DNA from: a virus
Taxonomy: Duplodnaviria; Caudoviricetes
Reading direction: 5' to 3' (one strand)
DNA length: 61,728 bases
IMG/VR virus record: IMGVR_UViG_3300035661_000068
Coordinates: 1 to 61,728 of that record
The notes beneath the pieces were generated by a model, which was given only the letters and a program-made list of their open reading frames with translations, was not told where the DNA came from and made no database searches. The translations under genes were made by a program, and so were the position numbers. Shown here in pieces: positions 46,226-56,441 of this stretch; the first letter of the stretch is position 1; each line of letters starts with the position of its first letter.

Positions 46226-46765
46226 ATGTTTACCAACCTAATCCTCCTGTTCAGTAATCAATCCGCCAGCACCGCGACCGCACCGGTTCCGCTGATCGGA
46301 AACAACCTGCTGCTGTTGTTTGGCCAAAAATCAAACATCGCGTATCCAGATGGGATCTTGGAAGGTATACGACAGTTCTTTCTCAGTGATTCAGAGATGG
46401 TCGCGAAGTTCACCGGAGGCATCTACCTGCACGACATGCCAGTGGGGTCACCACTACCGACGTTGGTGGTGGATTCACTGACGAGCGTCCCACACTTTTC
46501 AACCTCTGGCCCCTACTTCACAGTAGATGCTGTCACTTTCTCGATCTGGCACACCGACGCCGATGAAGCTAGGAAGGCAGGTGTCCTGTTGAAAAGGAAG
46601 TTTGATCGGACCCTCTCGATTCAGTTGCAAGACGCGATCGTTACCACGTTTTACCGAAAGAGAGAGATGTTGGTCGGAAGCGACGTGCGAGGACCAAACG
46701 ACCAGCGTATGTATCAGCTTGTTATCGATTACCACGCATACACCTCCATGAATCTAAACACGTAA
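46226..46765 (+). CDS. Tail terminator-like protein
   Basis: GGIY...P....P.LV...FSIW......A pattern; upstream of tail tube. Confidence 0.6.
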   Translation: MFTNLILLFSNQSASTATAPVPLIGNNLLLLFGQKSNIAYPDGILEGIRQFFLSDSEMVAKFTGGIYLHDMPVGSPLPTLVVDSLTSVPHFSTSGPYFTVDAVTFSIWHTDADEARKAGVLLKRKFDRTLSIQLQDAIVTTFYRKREMLVGSDVRGPNDQRMYQLVIDYHAYTSMNLNT

Positions 46766-46774
46766 GGGGAAAAC

Positions 46775-47302
46775 ATGCCTCTGACCACGACCCTGGCTCC
46801 GACGGTATCCTCGATCCTGTCGATCAACTACACCGACACCGCGTTAATTACGGGTGCCACCCCGACTACCAACATCAACAAGGCGCTGTCTGTCGGATAC
46901 GCCAACGGAACCGCAACCGGTCAGGTTGACAGTATGTACGTTCGTTCCGGAACTTTCACCGCATCAACCGCAATCGCTGTTAAAGTTGTGACCGCAGGAA
47001 GCATCTTTGACGTGTACGGTCACCAGATCAACATGGTAAAGGTAAAGACGCTTTACTTTGCCAACCTTGCGACGACCGACACATCTGCTGATGTCGTGAC
47101 GATTGGCGCTGGATCCCAGCCGCTGACGACGATGTTTCCCAGCACTTCGACGATCGTGGTTCGTGGAGGCGGGTCGATCCTACTCAACGCCCCACTGGCC
47201 ACCGCGTACGGCGTGGCGTCCGGAACCAATGACACCATTACGTTCACTCCAGGTGCCGGAACTCCAGCATACGAGATGATCATCATGGGATGCTCTGCTT
47301 AA
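46775..47302 (+). CDS. Probable virion structural protein
   Basis: Beta-rich ORF in tail module. Confidence 0.6.
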   Translation: MPLTTTLAPTVSSILSINYTDTALITGATPTTNINKALSVGYANGTATGQVDSMYVRSGTFTASTAIAVKVVTAGSIFDVYGHQINMVKVKTLYFANLATTDTSADVVTIGAGSQPLTTMFPSTSTIVVRGGGSILLNAPLATAYGVASGTNDTITFTPGAGTPAYEMIIMGCSA

Positions 47303-47335
47303 TCCTAACTGAAACCATCATAAGAAAGGCACGAC

Positions 47336-47722
47336 ATGCCAACGAGTTATGTTCACGGCTCAACCGGATCGGCGACCAGCAACGCCACGACGGTCTGCTT
47401 GACCTCCTGGGAAGGCGAGGATACGGTCGAGCTGGCCGACGTCACGTCAACTTGTTCGAGCGGCTGGCACGAGTCGGTCCCCGGCCTGAAGAGCTTCAAC
47501 GGCTCGATCAACGGAAACTTCGACTCCAGCTCGCCACCTGAAGCGACCTACGCATTCACCCCCGGAACGCTCGTCACACTTGTTCTGCGAGTGTCGAACG
47601 CCGCCTACTACAGCATGTCGGCGTACATTGAATCGTTCAAGGCGACCGTCGATGTCGGCGACGTTGTAAAGTGGACGGCCTCGTTCAAGAGCAACGGTGT
47701 CGTGACTCGCGTTGGAATGTAA
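47336..47722 (+). CDS. Tail tube protein
   Basis: W......E..DVT...S.GW.E..PGLKS..GS..G..D, VV.W...F...G. Confidence 0.8.
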   Translation: MPTSYVHGSTGSATSNATTVCLTSWEGEDTVELADVTSTCSSGWHESVPGLKSFNGSINGNFDSSSPPEATYAFTPGTLVTLVLRVSNAAYYSMSAYIESFKATVDVGDVVKWTASFKSNGVVTRVGM

Positions 47723-47728
47723 TCTAGC

Positions 47729-47764
47729 TGACCCGCACGCCATAAGGCTGTGACGTGCGGGTCA
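47729..47764 (+). terminator. Stem-loop after tail tube gene
   Basis: TGACCCGCACG / CGTGCGGGTCA perfect 11-bp inverted repeat. Confidence 0.55.
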
Positions 47765-47804
47765 AGTCACCTTAACCTGAAATCATATTATCAAAGAGCG
47801 TTCA

Positions 47805-48269
47805 ATGTCACTCACAGCACTCATCGGCGGCTCAGCAGACTACATTATCGGCACCAAGACGATCAAAGTCAAGGCATTCACGATCAATGAGATCGCCCGC
47901 CTGCAGGATTGGGTCAACCGCAGCTACCGGAATCCACTCCTAGATCTCCTGCCCGTGCTAGGCCAGACGGATCCTGATACCCGACACGCGATCATCTCGC
48001 AGGCCAAGACCTGGACCGCCCCGCAGTTCGGCACCCCCGAAGCCGAGACCATTCTCAGCACGATCGGCGGAATGAAGGAAGTCTTCCGAATCCTCGTCAC
48101 GGCTGGCGATTCGAGTAAAACGGACAAGGACGTCGACGCCATCGTGGGCGAAATTTCCGTCGATGGATTCATTGACGCCATGGGCGAGTTGATGATCGTC
48201 GCGTTTGGCAAGTCAGAGGGCGTCGACCCAAAAAAGGACCAGGAAAGCCCATCGACTGGGAAGGAATAG
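47805..48269 (+). CDS. Tail assembly chaperone (G-like)
   Basis: Between tail tube and tape measure; slippery site near its end. Confidence 0.8.
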   Translation: MSLTALIGGSADYIIGTKTIKVKAFTINEIARLQDWVNRSYRNPLLDLLPVLGQTDPDTRHAIISQAKTWTAPQFGTPEAETILSTIGGMKEVFRILVTAGDSSKTDKDVDAIVGEISVDGFIDAMGELMIVAFGKSEGVDPKKDQESPSTGKE

Positions 48270-48439
48270 CCCGCTTTCTCGCGGAGAAATACGGCTGGAC
48301 CCCAGAGCACATGAGTAAGCTTACTCTGGCTCAGCTCAGAGTCTACGCGAGGGAAGAGAAGCGTGGCGGTGACACCATGTCGCACGCTGAGATGAATTCC
48401 TTCTTAGAACGAAAACGAATCGAGCGTGGGCTCGCCTAA
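48227..48439 (+). other. -1 programmed frameshift site and GT-like extension
   Basis: C CCA AAA AAG in correct phase; -1 frame reads GPGKPIDWEGIARFLAEKYGWTPEHMSKLTLAQL...GLA*. Confidence 0.85.
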
Positions 48440-48456
48440 CACGACAGGACAGCACC

Positions 48457-51400
48457 ATGGACTTCAGATTACTTAACGCTTTTGTCCAGATGCGTGTCAA
48501 CACACAGCCGCTTTCCTATGCGTTGGACCGCATGGGGATGCGGCTTGCTCGTTTTGAACAGCGATGGGGGTCGATTAAGCTTGGAATGAACGTGCGTGCG
48601 GCGGGCCAGCTCGGTTCGGCCTTCGACGGCATGGCGAGGTCGACGGCGAAGATTGCGGCGAACATGGGACGTGCGACGGCTGAGAACATGAAGGCGTATC
48701 GGGTGCAGTCCCGTATACAGAATGAAGCAAACCTTCATGCAAAAAGAATGGCAGCGACAAAGACCAAGGAAGCGTATCAGCAGGCGTTGATCAATCGTCT
48801 CGAAAAAACAAAGGTCGCATCTCAGAGCCTGACTCGCGGAATCAATGCTGGGCAAAAACAATTAGCGGCTGCCAAGGCTGCACGCTATCAGAAGATCAAG
48901 AAGGCTAGTGATACCGGAAAGAAGGCGATCGCCGATCTCCAACAAGCAAAGCAAGATCGAGACGATGCGAAGCGTAGGGCAAATTCAGATTTCAACAAGT
49001 CTCACCGGTCTATCCTCAGACGTCGAGCTATCGCTGACCTGACGCACAGAATCGGCGTCAGTAGGACTGCGATCGGATCGGATGAAAGACAAAGGGTGAA
49101 TGCACAGCATGCTCACTCTATCAGCTCACTTGGCGACCAATCAGGCACAATACTGCGTCGTCGATCAGACGCCCATAAACAGGCAGATGGCCGAGTAGCA
49201 AAGGCCAGAGGTAGAGTGCAAGACTTAGTATCGGCCTTCGGAGCTATCACGAGACAGGCGAACAACGTATATCAGGGGGTAGTGGGCAAGGTAGGCGGTC
49301 ACATCGACATGTTGCGTCAACGGAGAGACTCAACGCAGGAGCGTGGCGATCGAAATGTCAACAAGACAGGTCTAGCTGACGCATTAGCACAAGGACGTGT
49401 AAAGAAAGCTCAAAAGGCTGCAGACGTCGCGAAGATCGGTCGCGGCTTCTCCTACGCCGCCGAATTCGCCGGTCGCTTTGCCCAACAACTTGGCAACGTC
49501 ACCGCGTGGACGATCAAGGTGATTCAGCCGCTCAACCTTCTCGGATCACTCCTGGACGGTTTGTTCAATAGTTTCACCAGCCTCATCGGGACCGCGTGGA
49601 ACCTTGGCGTTGCGTTGACCAAGGGTATCGGGGCGGCAGCGATCGGCGTCGTGGCCACGTTGGGATTCTCAGTCAAAGCGGCGGGCGACCAGGAAGCCGC
49701 GATGGTGAACATTGGACGCGTTTCGGGCTTGATCGGTAAAGATCTTGACGTGCTGAAAGACAAGATTCTTGCTTTAGCCGAGACGTCTGCGGGCGCATCC
49801 CTGAAAGAATTGAATGATATTGCGGAATTCGGTGCCCGCTTGGGTATCGGCGACGGCATGGCCGGAATTGACAAGGGCGGTGCGATTGCCAAGTTCACCA
49901 AGGACGTGTCGAAGCTCCGTTTGGCCTTGGACGATATCCCGGCTGAAGAAGCCGCGACGAAGATCGTCCGTATCTTGAAGGTGTTCGGCGAAGGCCCAGA
50001 GAAGATCAACAACTTCGCTTCCGCGTTGGTCTACTTGGACAACTCCAGTACCGCAACGGGCCGCGACATCCTTGAGCTTACTCGTCGGTTGTCCGGCATC
50101 ACGGCGACGATGGGGATGTTGCCTGAGGATGTCATGGCACTAGCCAGCAGCATGCGTGACGTCGGCATCGAGGTTCACGTCGGTGGTACGGCAGTGCAGC
50201 AGCTCTTCCTCGCCATGGGTGCCAGGACGAAAGACTTCTCGAAGGTGCTGAAGATCAATCAGGCTGACCTGAAGCACGCTATGGACACGAGCCCGGTCGA
50301 TGCGTTGCGAATGGTCTTGGGTCGGCTCGCCAAGTACAAACCGACAGCCAAGATGCAGTTCTTGACCCAGCTTCACATGCAAGGACGTCAGTCAGCCTCC
50401 ACGATCTTCCAGCTTTCCAGTGCGTTCAAGACGCTGGATAAGGCGACCGACGGTGCTCGTAGGGGATGGATAAGCCAAGAGTCGGTCGAGGCGGCGGTCG
50501 AGGCCCGGAGTCAGACCCTGTGGGCAAAGATGCACATGCTGTGGAACCAAGTGTTGGTTCTGGGTGAAGCCATCGGCAAACACTTCCTTCCGGTCGCGAA
50601 GGAGATGGTCGCGTTGTTTGGCGACTTGGTCGCGGGGGCGAAAGACTTCGTCGGTGCCAACACGGCGATGTTCCAGACCGTCGCGAACAAGATGATCGCG
50701 TTCATCCGCATCCTCAGGGGCATGTTTAAGAATCTGCCCGAGACGATCCAGATCCTTTGGAGCCTGTTTAGCAACCTGCTCGAAAGAATCAAGGATGGAT
50801 TCATCGGAATCGTTCCAAAGATCATGACCACCATCGGCACGATCGTAAAAAAAATCGCAGAAGTCTTAATGGCTGGATGGGACATCTTAGTCCCGTCATT
50901 CGTCGCTATCGGCGAGATGATCGGCGAAGCGATCTACGAAGGTATCAAGAATAGTGCATTGTTTACGATCGTCGATAAGATAATCACCATGATGGGCGGG
51001 GAGTCGATGAAGGATGAAATACAAAAAACTAGCGAACGGCTCACCAAGACAGGACAGGCCATCCAGGATGCTGAAAATGGAACATTCCCAGGCCCAAATG
51101 GTGTAAAAAACAAAGAGAATGCAGTTAAAGCGGCCAATGATGAGTTCGATGCTGCCCAGCGTGCCCACCAAGGGGCAATCGAAAACAAGAAGATGCGAGA
51201 CCTTCAACGGCGAGACCGGATCAAGAAAGGACTTGGCGGAGTCGGAGAGATGCTGATCAAACCGAATGAAGCAGAACAGAAGGCGATCAATGATCGGGCC
51301 GATCTTAGGAATCGCCGACACGACGCCGCAGTCAAGAGATTGAACGAGATGGGCGAAGAGGTTGGTGCGGACGACGCAAGATCAGCAGGAATTCCAAAGG

Positions 51401-52122
51401 TCGCTGAGAAGTCATTCAATCCGCTGGCCCGATTCAAGGATATCAAGGGTAAAAAAGAACTGGTCACGCCGGGAGGTGTATCGCTTGGCATGTTCAGAAC
51501 TGACCAGAAGAATACGGAAAAAATGAGAAAGATGCTTCTGGACCAGATGCCAGCGAGCGAGCATGACGCATTCAAGGCAAAGAACTCTGAAATCTTTGAG
51601 CCGCAGATGCCGTACACGCCAAACATGTCGGGCTACTCAAGGGTAAAACAGAAGCAGCAGGAGTTGCAAACCGCAAACGCCGAACGCAGAGAAGCTACGA
51701 GGCAGCGTGGTTTGCAGAATAAGCAGAGTGGCGTCGCCCAGTTGACTGAGGAGCAGAAAGCGGCTCCAGAACGCATGATGGCCGCGTTGAGTGTCGGAGG
51801 CGTTGGTATCGCGGGGGCACTCTTCGGCACACAAACTCGTCTGAAGAAACGGATGCCACCCGGAGGCACCGGACTCGACGCCCCGATGATCGACAAGGAT
51901 TATAAGCCCGAGTTCCATGGTCTCGAAGAGTTCAGCAAGAAGATTCAGAACGACCTCTTTGACCCCAAGAAGCAGAATGAAGATCGCGCCTTGACTGCAG
52001 CAACCGAGACGTCGTCCAACACGAAAAACATAAACAAGAACATCGAGCAGATTTCACAAGAAGTGCTCAAAATGTCCCTCAATATGGATGAGAAGAAAAA
52101 AGCAGCAGTCATGGTCGCCTAA
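48457..52122 (+). CDS. Tape measure protein (TP901-like core)
   Basis: 1221 aa, helical, Ala-rich; core DQEAAMVNI..V...ALVYLDN. Confidence 0.92.
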   Translation: MDFRLLNAFVQMRVNTQPLSYALDRMGMRLARFEQRWGSIKLGMNVRAAGQLGSAFDGMARSTAKIAANMGRATAENMKAYRVQSRIQNEANLHAKRMAATKTKEAYQQALINRLEKTKVASQSLTRGINAGQKQLAAAKAARYQKIKKASDTGKKAIADLQQAKQDRDDAKRRANSDFNKSHRSILRRRAIADLTHRIGVSRTAIGSDERQRVNAQHAHSISSLGDQSGTILRRRSDAHKQADGRVAKARGRVQDLVSAFGAITRQANNVYQGVVGKVGGHIDMLRQRRDSTQERGDRNVNKTGLADALAQGRVKKAQKAADVAKIGRGFSYAAEFAGRFAQQLGNVTAWTIKVIQPLNLLGSLLDGLFNSFTSLIGTAWNLGVALTKGIGAAAIGVVATLGFSVKAAGDQEAAMVNIGRVSGLIGKDLDVLKDKILALAETSAGASLKELNDIAEFGARLGIGDGMAGIDKGGAIAKFTKDVSKLRLALDDIPAEEAATKIVRILKVFGEGPEKINNFASALVYLDNSSTATGRDILELTRRLSGITATMGMLPEDVMALASSMRDVGIEVHVGGTAVQQLFLAMGARTKDFSKVLKINQADLKHAMDTSPVDALRMVLGRLAKYKPTAKMQFLTQLHMQGRQSASTIFQLSSAFKTLDKATDGARRGWISQESVEAAVEARSQTLWAKMHMLWNQVLVLGEAIGKHFLPVAKEMVALFGDLVAGAKDFVGANTAMFQTVANKMIAFIRILRGMFKNLPETIQILWSLFSNLLERIKDGFIGIVPKIMTTIGTIVKKIAEVLMAGWDILVPSFVAIGEMIGEAIYEGIKNSALFTIVDKIITMMGGESMKDEIQKTSERLTKTGQAIQDAENGTFPGPNGVKNKENAVKAANDEFDAAQRAHQGAIENKKMRDLQRRDRIKKGLGGVGEMLIKPNEAEQKAINDRADLRNRRHDAAVKRLNEMGEEVGADDARSAGIPKVAEKSFNPLARFKDIKGKKELVTPGGVSLGMFRTDQKNTEKMRKMLLDQMPASEHDAFKAKNSEIFEPQMPYTPNMSGYSRVKQKQQELQTANAERREATRQRGLQNKQSGVAQLTEEQKAAPERMMAALSVGGVGIAGALFGTQTRLKKRMPPGGTGLDAPMIDKDYKPEFHGLEEFSKKIQNDLFDPKKQNEDRALTAATETSSNTKNINKNIEQISQEVLKMSLNMDEKKKAAVMVA

Positions 52123-52136
52123 CCTGAGGAATAACG

Positions 52137-52946
52137 ATGCCCGCAACCATAACAGTCCCGTACAGTATCATGCACAACGGAAGGAACGAATCCGTCGACA
52201 CGAACGGTGTCTACGCGACCATGGTGTTCCTTGTCGATTGGAGCGACCGGTGGCAGTTCATCCGCGACGTCGCGGGCAAGAGCGTCATCGTCGGGCCGTC
52301 GTCGGGACCAACGATCGTCCGCAGTGCACCGCTCCAGTACCCGGATAACAAAAACCTCTACGCGAACGGGGTCTCGGTCGAACCGATCGGCGTCTCGTAC
52401 TGCACGACTTCCGGTGCGTACGCGAAGGCCGAAATCACCGTCACGTTCGGCACGCTTTCGTTCGACTCCGAAGTCTCGCAGGGCACGCAGAACACCGTCT
52501 ACCGATCCATCGAGATCGACATGTCGGCCCAGCTCATGAGTCTCCCCACGAGCCCGTTTGAGTTCGCAACTCCTTCGGGTGGATTCAAGCCGAACACCAA
52601 TCAGGTCAATCCTGGCCTCCTGATGCCTCAGGCCCAGATTACCATCACGAGCCATCAGGTGCCGTACTTGGACACCGAACTGATCTTCGGATTCATCGGA
52701 TCGATAAACCTCTACACGTTCTACGGCATGGCCCCCGGCACGTGCCTGTTCCTTGGGGTTCAGTGTCGGCGACAAGCGACGTCGGAGGGTTTGCAGGCGT
52801 GGGAGATCAGCTACAGATTCTCGTTCCGCCCGATCGACTGGAACAAGTTCTACAGCCCGACACCTGGAGTTGGGTTCGACTTCCTGTATCACAAGGCTAC
52901 CTCGACGACCATCTACAGCTACATGGACTTCACCTTCATTCCGTAA
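52137..52946 (+). CDS. Tail tip/baseplate-region protein
   Basis: Position right after tape measure. Confidence 0.6.
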   Translation: MPATITVPYSIMHNGRNESVDTNGVYATMVFLVDWSDRWQFIRDVAGKSVIVGPSSGPTIVRSAPLQYPDNKNLYANGVSVEPIGVSYCTTSGAYAKAEITVTFGTLSFDSEVSQGTQNTVYRSIEIDMSAQLMSLPTSPFEFATPSGGFKPNTNQVNPGLLMPQAQITITSHQVPYLDTELIFGFIGSINLYTFYGMAPGTCLFLGVQCRRQATSEGLQAWEISYRFSFRPIDWNKFYSPTPGVGFDFLYHKATSTTIYSYMDFTFIP

Positions 52947-52956
52947 CGGGGGATCG

Positions 52957-53349
52957 ATGGCAAAACTCGACATCCCTGACTTCAAAGCCGGTGATCCGAT
53001 CTCGGCGGCGAAGCTGAATAAGCTGCTGATGTGGCTGCGTCAGTACAAGATAACCGCGTCTCCGCCGCTAGATGTCATGGAAACCAAGGCCGGGATCAAT
53101 ATTCGGATCGCAAGACCGAAACCTATATGGGCGAAGATCACCAGCGGGTCGAATCCATACGCCTGGACCATGCAGGTCAGGAGTGCAATCAATGTGTTCA
53201 CCGACGACCCTTGCGGGCTAAGCGGCACGACGACGAACGATCCGGCGTACGAGTGGAACGGTTTAAGTTCCGTCTCCCCTGGCCGGATCGTGCTGCTCGA
53301 AACCGATCCCGGTACGGGCCAACGAATCTTTCAACTCGATACCTGTTGA
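52957..53349 (+). CDS. Tail protein, paralogous to N-terminus of next gene
   Basis: F..G.P.SA..L, AK.T.GS.PY.WT, AYE.NG shared with 53356..54990. Confidence 0.7.
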   Translation: MAKLDIPDFKAGDPISAAKLNKLLMWLRQYKITASPPLDVMETKAGINIRIARPKPIWAKITSGSNPYAWTMQVRSAINVFTDDPCGLSGTTTNDPAYEWNGLSSVSPGRIVLLETDPGTGQRIFQLDTC

Positions 53350-53355
53350 GTCATT

Positions 53356-54990
53356 ATGCCAAAAGATGCAGCGTTTGTCAAGGGACATCCGGTTTCTGCC
53401 GGTCTCCTGCAGTCGATGTCGAACCGGATGCGTCAGCTTTCCAACTGGAGAGGTGACGACTACATCAGTACGGTCGCGAATGACAAGGGAACCACGCTGG
53501 CCTACAACCAGGGCGGCGGATTCTTTGCCAAGCTGACCGCCGGGTCCGGACCATACACGTGGACAGAAGTTCAGCGTTCGGGAACCACGTGGGTCACGAG
53601 CACCAGCGGCAGAACCGGGACGTTGAACGCCTACGAGGTCAACGGTACGGTCGTACCGGCGAATCGGGTGGTTAAGCTCTACCAGGGTGCTCAGAACGAG
53701 TATATCTTTCGGTACATGCGGGAGTTTAGGCCATGCACGGGGTATGTTTGTGTGACCGTCAGTGGATGTGGCGACTACATCAACGGTGCCACGTTCACAC
53801 TCAAGGATCACGCGACCGGCACGACCATCGGAACCTGCACGACAGGCGGGCATCACGGCGGATGCTGTATCGCAATCACGACAAATGGCTTGTACGATAT
53901 TACAGTTTCAGCATCTGGATACAACACCAAAACTGTTACGCAATCATGTTACTGCGGAACCAACAGTATAGAACTGACGCTAAATCCGGACTCGATCACC
54001 GTCCAGTATCACGGATGCACCTCCGCTTTTCCAACATCACACGGAAAAACGGCGACGTTATACAAGAATGGAACATCAGTAGCGACCGCCACCATTGACA
54101 GCTCATCTGTCGCAACTTTTACTGGATTGACAGGTTTTGGATATCCAGACATATACACAACGTCGGTTTCATGCCCAAGATATCTTACGACGCATGTATA
54201 CATCACAAACTCATCTTCTGGCATATACTTTGGAAACGTCCAAGCAAGCGTGTGTAGCTATGAGGCAATGATACCATATGATGACACCAACTATATCTGC
54301 TGTTCGTGCGATCCGCCAATACCCAAAACGCTCAACGCAACTATCGATGGAACCTCATGCGTCCTCACACTGATAAGTGCGGGGTATGGATCCGGAGGCT
54401 ATACCGGATGTATAACCAAGACAGTCACGGGTATAGATGTGACACTTCTGTCATGCACGACGTTCACCCCAGTGTCGTCCGCCATAACCAGTATTACGAT
54501 ACCATTCTGGATCGTATTCAACTGCCGCAACTTTTCCGGAAACGCAGCCCTGTCCATTTATTACTTGTGTTACGATGGACGGGCGTATTGCGATGGCCCC
54601 GCAGAAACAGCTTTTTATGCCGGATGGCCATCAAACGCAAAAGATATATCTTATCCAAGCGGAAATTTTAACCAACCAGTGTGTGTTGGGCCAACCAATC
54701 CGACGTGCCAATCACAGCCTGCTGATTATAGCCTTGGATGGCCGCTGTTTACAGGATGCTACGGAGGGGCTAGCGGACTATACCTTCCAGATAACGGCAC
54801 TGGGCATAATTGGATACCCTATCAGAGGCCTAATGCTGGGGCTGTGATCGCCGGGTCAGGAGGAGATTCGACATCGAGAACCTGTGCTGGATTCTCAGCA
54901 TCAGGAACAGCGGTCAACATGTTGAATTTGGGATATTCAGCAGAATTCCAGAGTAATATGCCGAGTTGGAACTGGACGGTGACTGAATGA
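53356..54990 (+). CDS. Cys-rich tail fibre/receptor-binding protein candidate
   Basis: Ig-like beta-rich segments, many Cys, A/T-richer 3' half. Confidence 0.65.
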   Translation: MPKDAAFVKGHPVSAGLLQSMSNRMRQLSNWRGDDYISTVANDKGTTLAYNQGGGFFAKLTAGSGPYTWTEVQRSGTTWVTSTSGRTGTLNAYEVNGTVVPANRVVKLYQGAQNEYIFRYMREFRPCTGYVCVTVSGCGDYINGATFTLKDHATGTTIGTCTTGGHHGGCCIAITTNGLYDITVSASGYNTKTVTQSCYCGTNSIELTLNPDSITVQYHGCTSAFPTSHGKTATLYKNGTSVATATIDSSSVATFTGLTGFGYPDIYTTSVSCPRYLTTHVYITNSSSGIYFGNVQASVCSYEAMIPYDDTNYICCSCDPPIPKTLNATIDGTSCVLTLISAGYGSGGYTGCITKTVTGIDVTLLSCTTFTPVSSAITSITIPFWIVFNCRNFSGNAALSIYYLCYDGRAYCDGPAETAFYAGWPSNAKDISYPSGNFNQPVCVGPTNPTCQSQPADYSLGWPLFTGCYGGASGLYLPDNGTGHNWIPYQRPNAGAVIAGSGGDSTSRTCAGFSASGTAVNMLNLGYSAEFQSNMPSWNWTVTE

Positions 54991-55379
54991 CCACTGAAGA
55001 AGCATTAGAGATTGTGGTCAGACGAACTGGTCATGCGAGGTATCGCGAGCTGGTCAAGGAAAACGACTCGTATGCCCAACTGATTCATAATCTCGCCAGG
55101 AGCTACGAGGGTATACCTGAGCCCATGGTCGTTCAGGTGGTCGAATCTACCACCCCAGCCTCACCGATGACGCCAGAGGCTCGCCAGGAGCTTTTGATCA
55201 CGATCGAGCAAGTCAAGGCAATCAGCTTGTGTCGGCAGAGGTCCGTTGAAGGCTGTGGATGCGGCGGACAAGGTCGGTGCGGGCTCGGCAAGGGACGAGC
55301 AGGAATCGTGTATCACCCAGACTGCCTGGAGTGTATCAGATCGGGACAGGCCGACTTGCCACGAGGCACGTTGACATGA
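54987..55379 (+). CDS. Small Cys-rich hypothetical protein
   Basis: C....GCGC....CGLG........CLEC. Confidence 0.65.
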   Translation: MTTEEALEIVVRRTGHARYRELVKENDSYAQLIHNLARSYEGIPEPMVVQVVESTTPASPMTPEARQELLITIEQVKAISLCRQRSVEGCGCGGQGRCGLGKGRAGIVYHPDCLECIRSGQADLPRGTLT

Positions 55380-55502
55380 TCTGGGAGGGACGGATTCATG
55401 AACATCGCCGCAGGCGAACGTGAATGTGCTTGGCCCGTTGGGCCAATCCGCCAAGTAGGGCGTACGGCAACCACCTAATCATCCCACCCAAGGACCACAG
55501 CT

Positions 55503-56393
55503 ATGAGCAAGCGACACGCCAAGACAACCTATGGCAGTCTTGCGAAGGCAGAGCAGGTTCTGATTGAAAAGCAGGGAAAGCCGGTTCACCAAAGCGGAAG
55601 CCTCAAACTCAGGCCCGTCCTGGAACCAAAGACCCCAGGGCAAGAGCGGTACATGAGTGCGGTACGCCAGAGCGACGTCACGTTATGCGAAGGCGTCGTG
55701 GGGACTGGAAAGACTTTTATCGCCGTTGGGATGGCGGCTCACGATATCCTGGAGCGGAAGAGCAAGAGGACGCGACTCGTCATCGCTCGCCCGATCGTGC
55801 CTGCAGGGGAAGACATGGGATTCCTTCCAGGCGAGATCGCGGACAAGGCCGGACCCTACATGGAGCCGATCTATGACGCGTTCCGCCAGTTCTGCCGCGA
55901 TGACAACGAGTACAAGGAAGCGTTGGCCAACAAGGCGGTCGAGTTGAAGCCGATCGCGTTCCTTCGAGGCATGACGTTGAAGAACTGCTGGGTCATCGTC
56001 GATGAGTGCCAGAACGCGACTCGAAAGCAAATCGAGATGATCCTGGGACGATTGGGCGAGAACAGTCGCATGATCCTGTGTGGCTCATCCCAACAGTGCG
56101 ACATCGGTGAACCCCTGGGCTGGCTGCACGCGTGCGACAAACTCTCCGGTGGCGGCTACCGCAAAGGTAAGGTCACGGTCTGCCGACTCGGCATCGAAGA
56201 CATCGTCCGCCACGACTTGATCGCCGAGATGATCCGTCGACTCAACGATATCCCGGAGCCGGGTTCTGAACCGACTGATCTGGATGAGTACGAAGAGCCG
56301 GACCGTGCAAACCGCTACGGTGTCGAGAGAGAAGCCACAGAAGACCTGGATTGGCTGGATTCACGAGTATCGAGCCAGTGGTGCCGATCTTAA
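55503..56393 (+). CDS. phoH: PhoH-family ATPase
   Basis: G..GTGKT, ARP, GFLPG, FLRG.T, DECQN, IVRH. Confidence 0.93.
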   Translation: MSKRHAKTTYGSLAKAEQVLIEKQGKPVHQSGSLKLRPVLEPKTPGQERYMSAVRQSDVTLCEGVVGTGKTFIAVGMAAHDILERKSKRTRLVIARPIVPAGEDMGFLPGEIADKAGPYMEPIYDAFRQFCRDDNEYKEALANKAVELKPIAFLRGMTLKNCWVIVDECQNATRKQIEMILGRLGENSRMILCGSSQQCDIGEPLGWLHACDKLSGGGYRKGKVTVCRLGIEDIVRHDLIAEMIRRLNDIPEPGSEPTDLDEYEEPDRANRYGVEREATEDLDWLDSRVSSQWCRS

Positions 56394-56441
56394 TCTCTTG
56401 AAATCCCAACATATCATAGCCGAAAAGGCTGGCAAGTCAAC

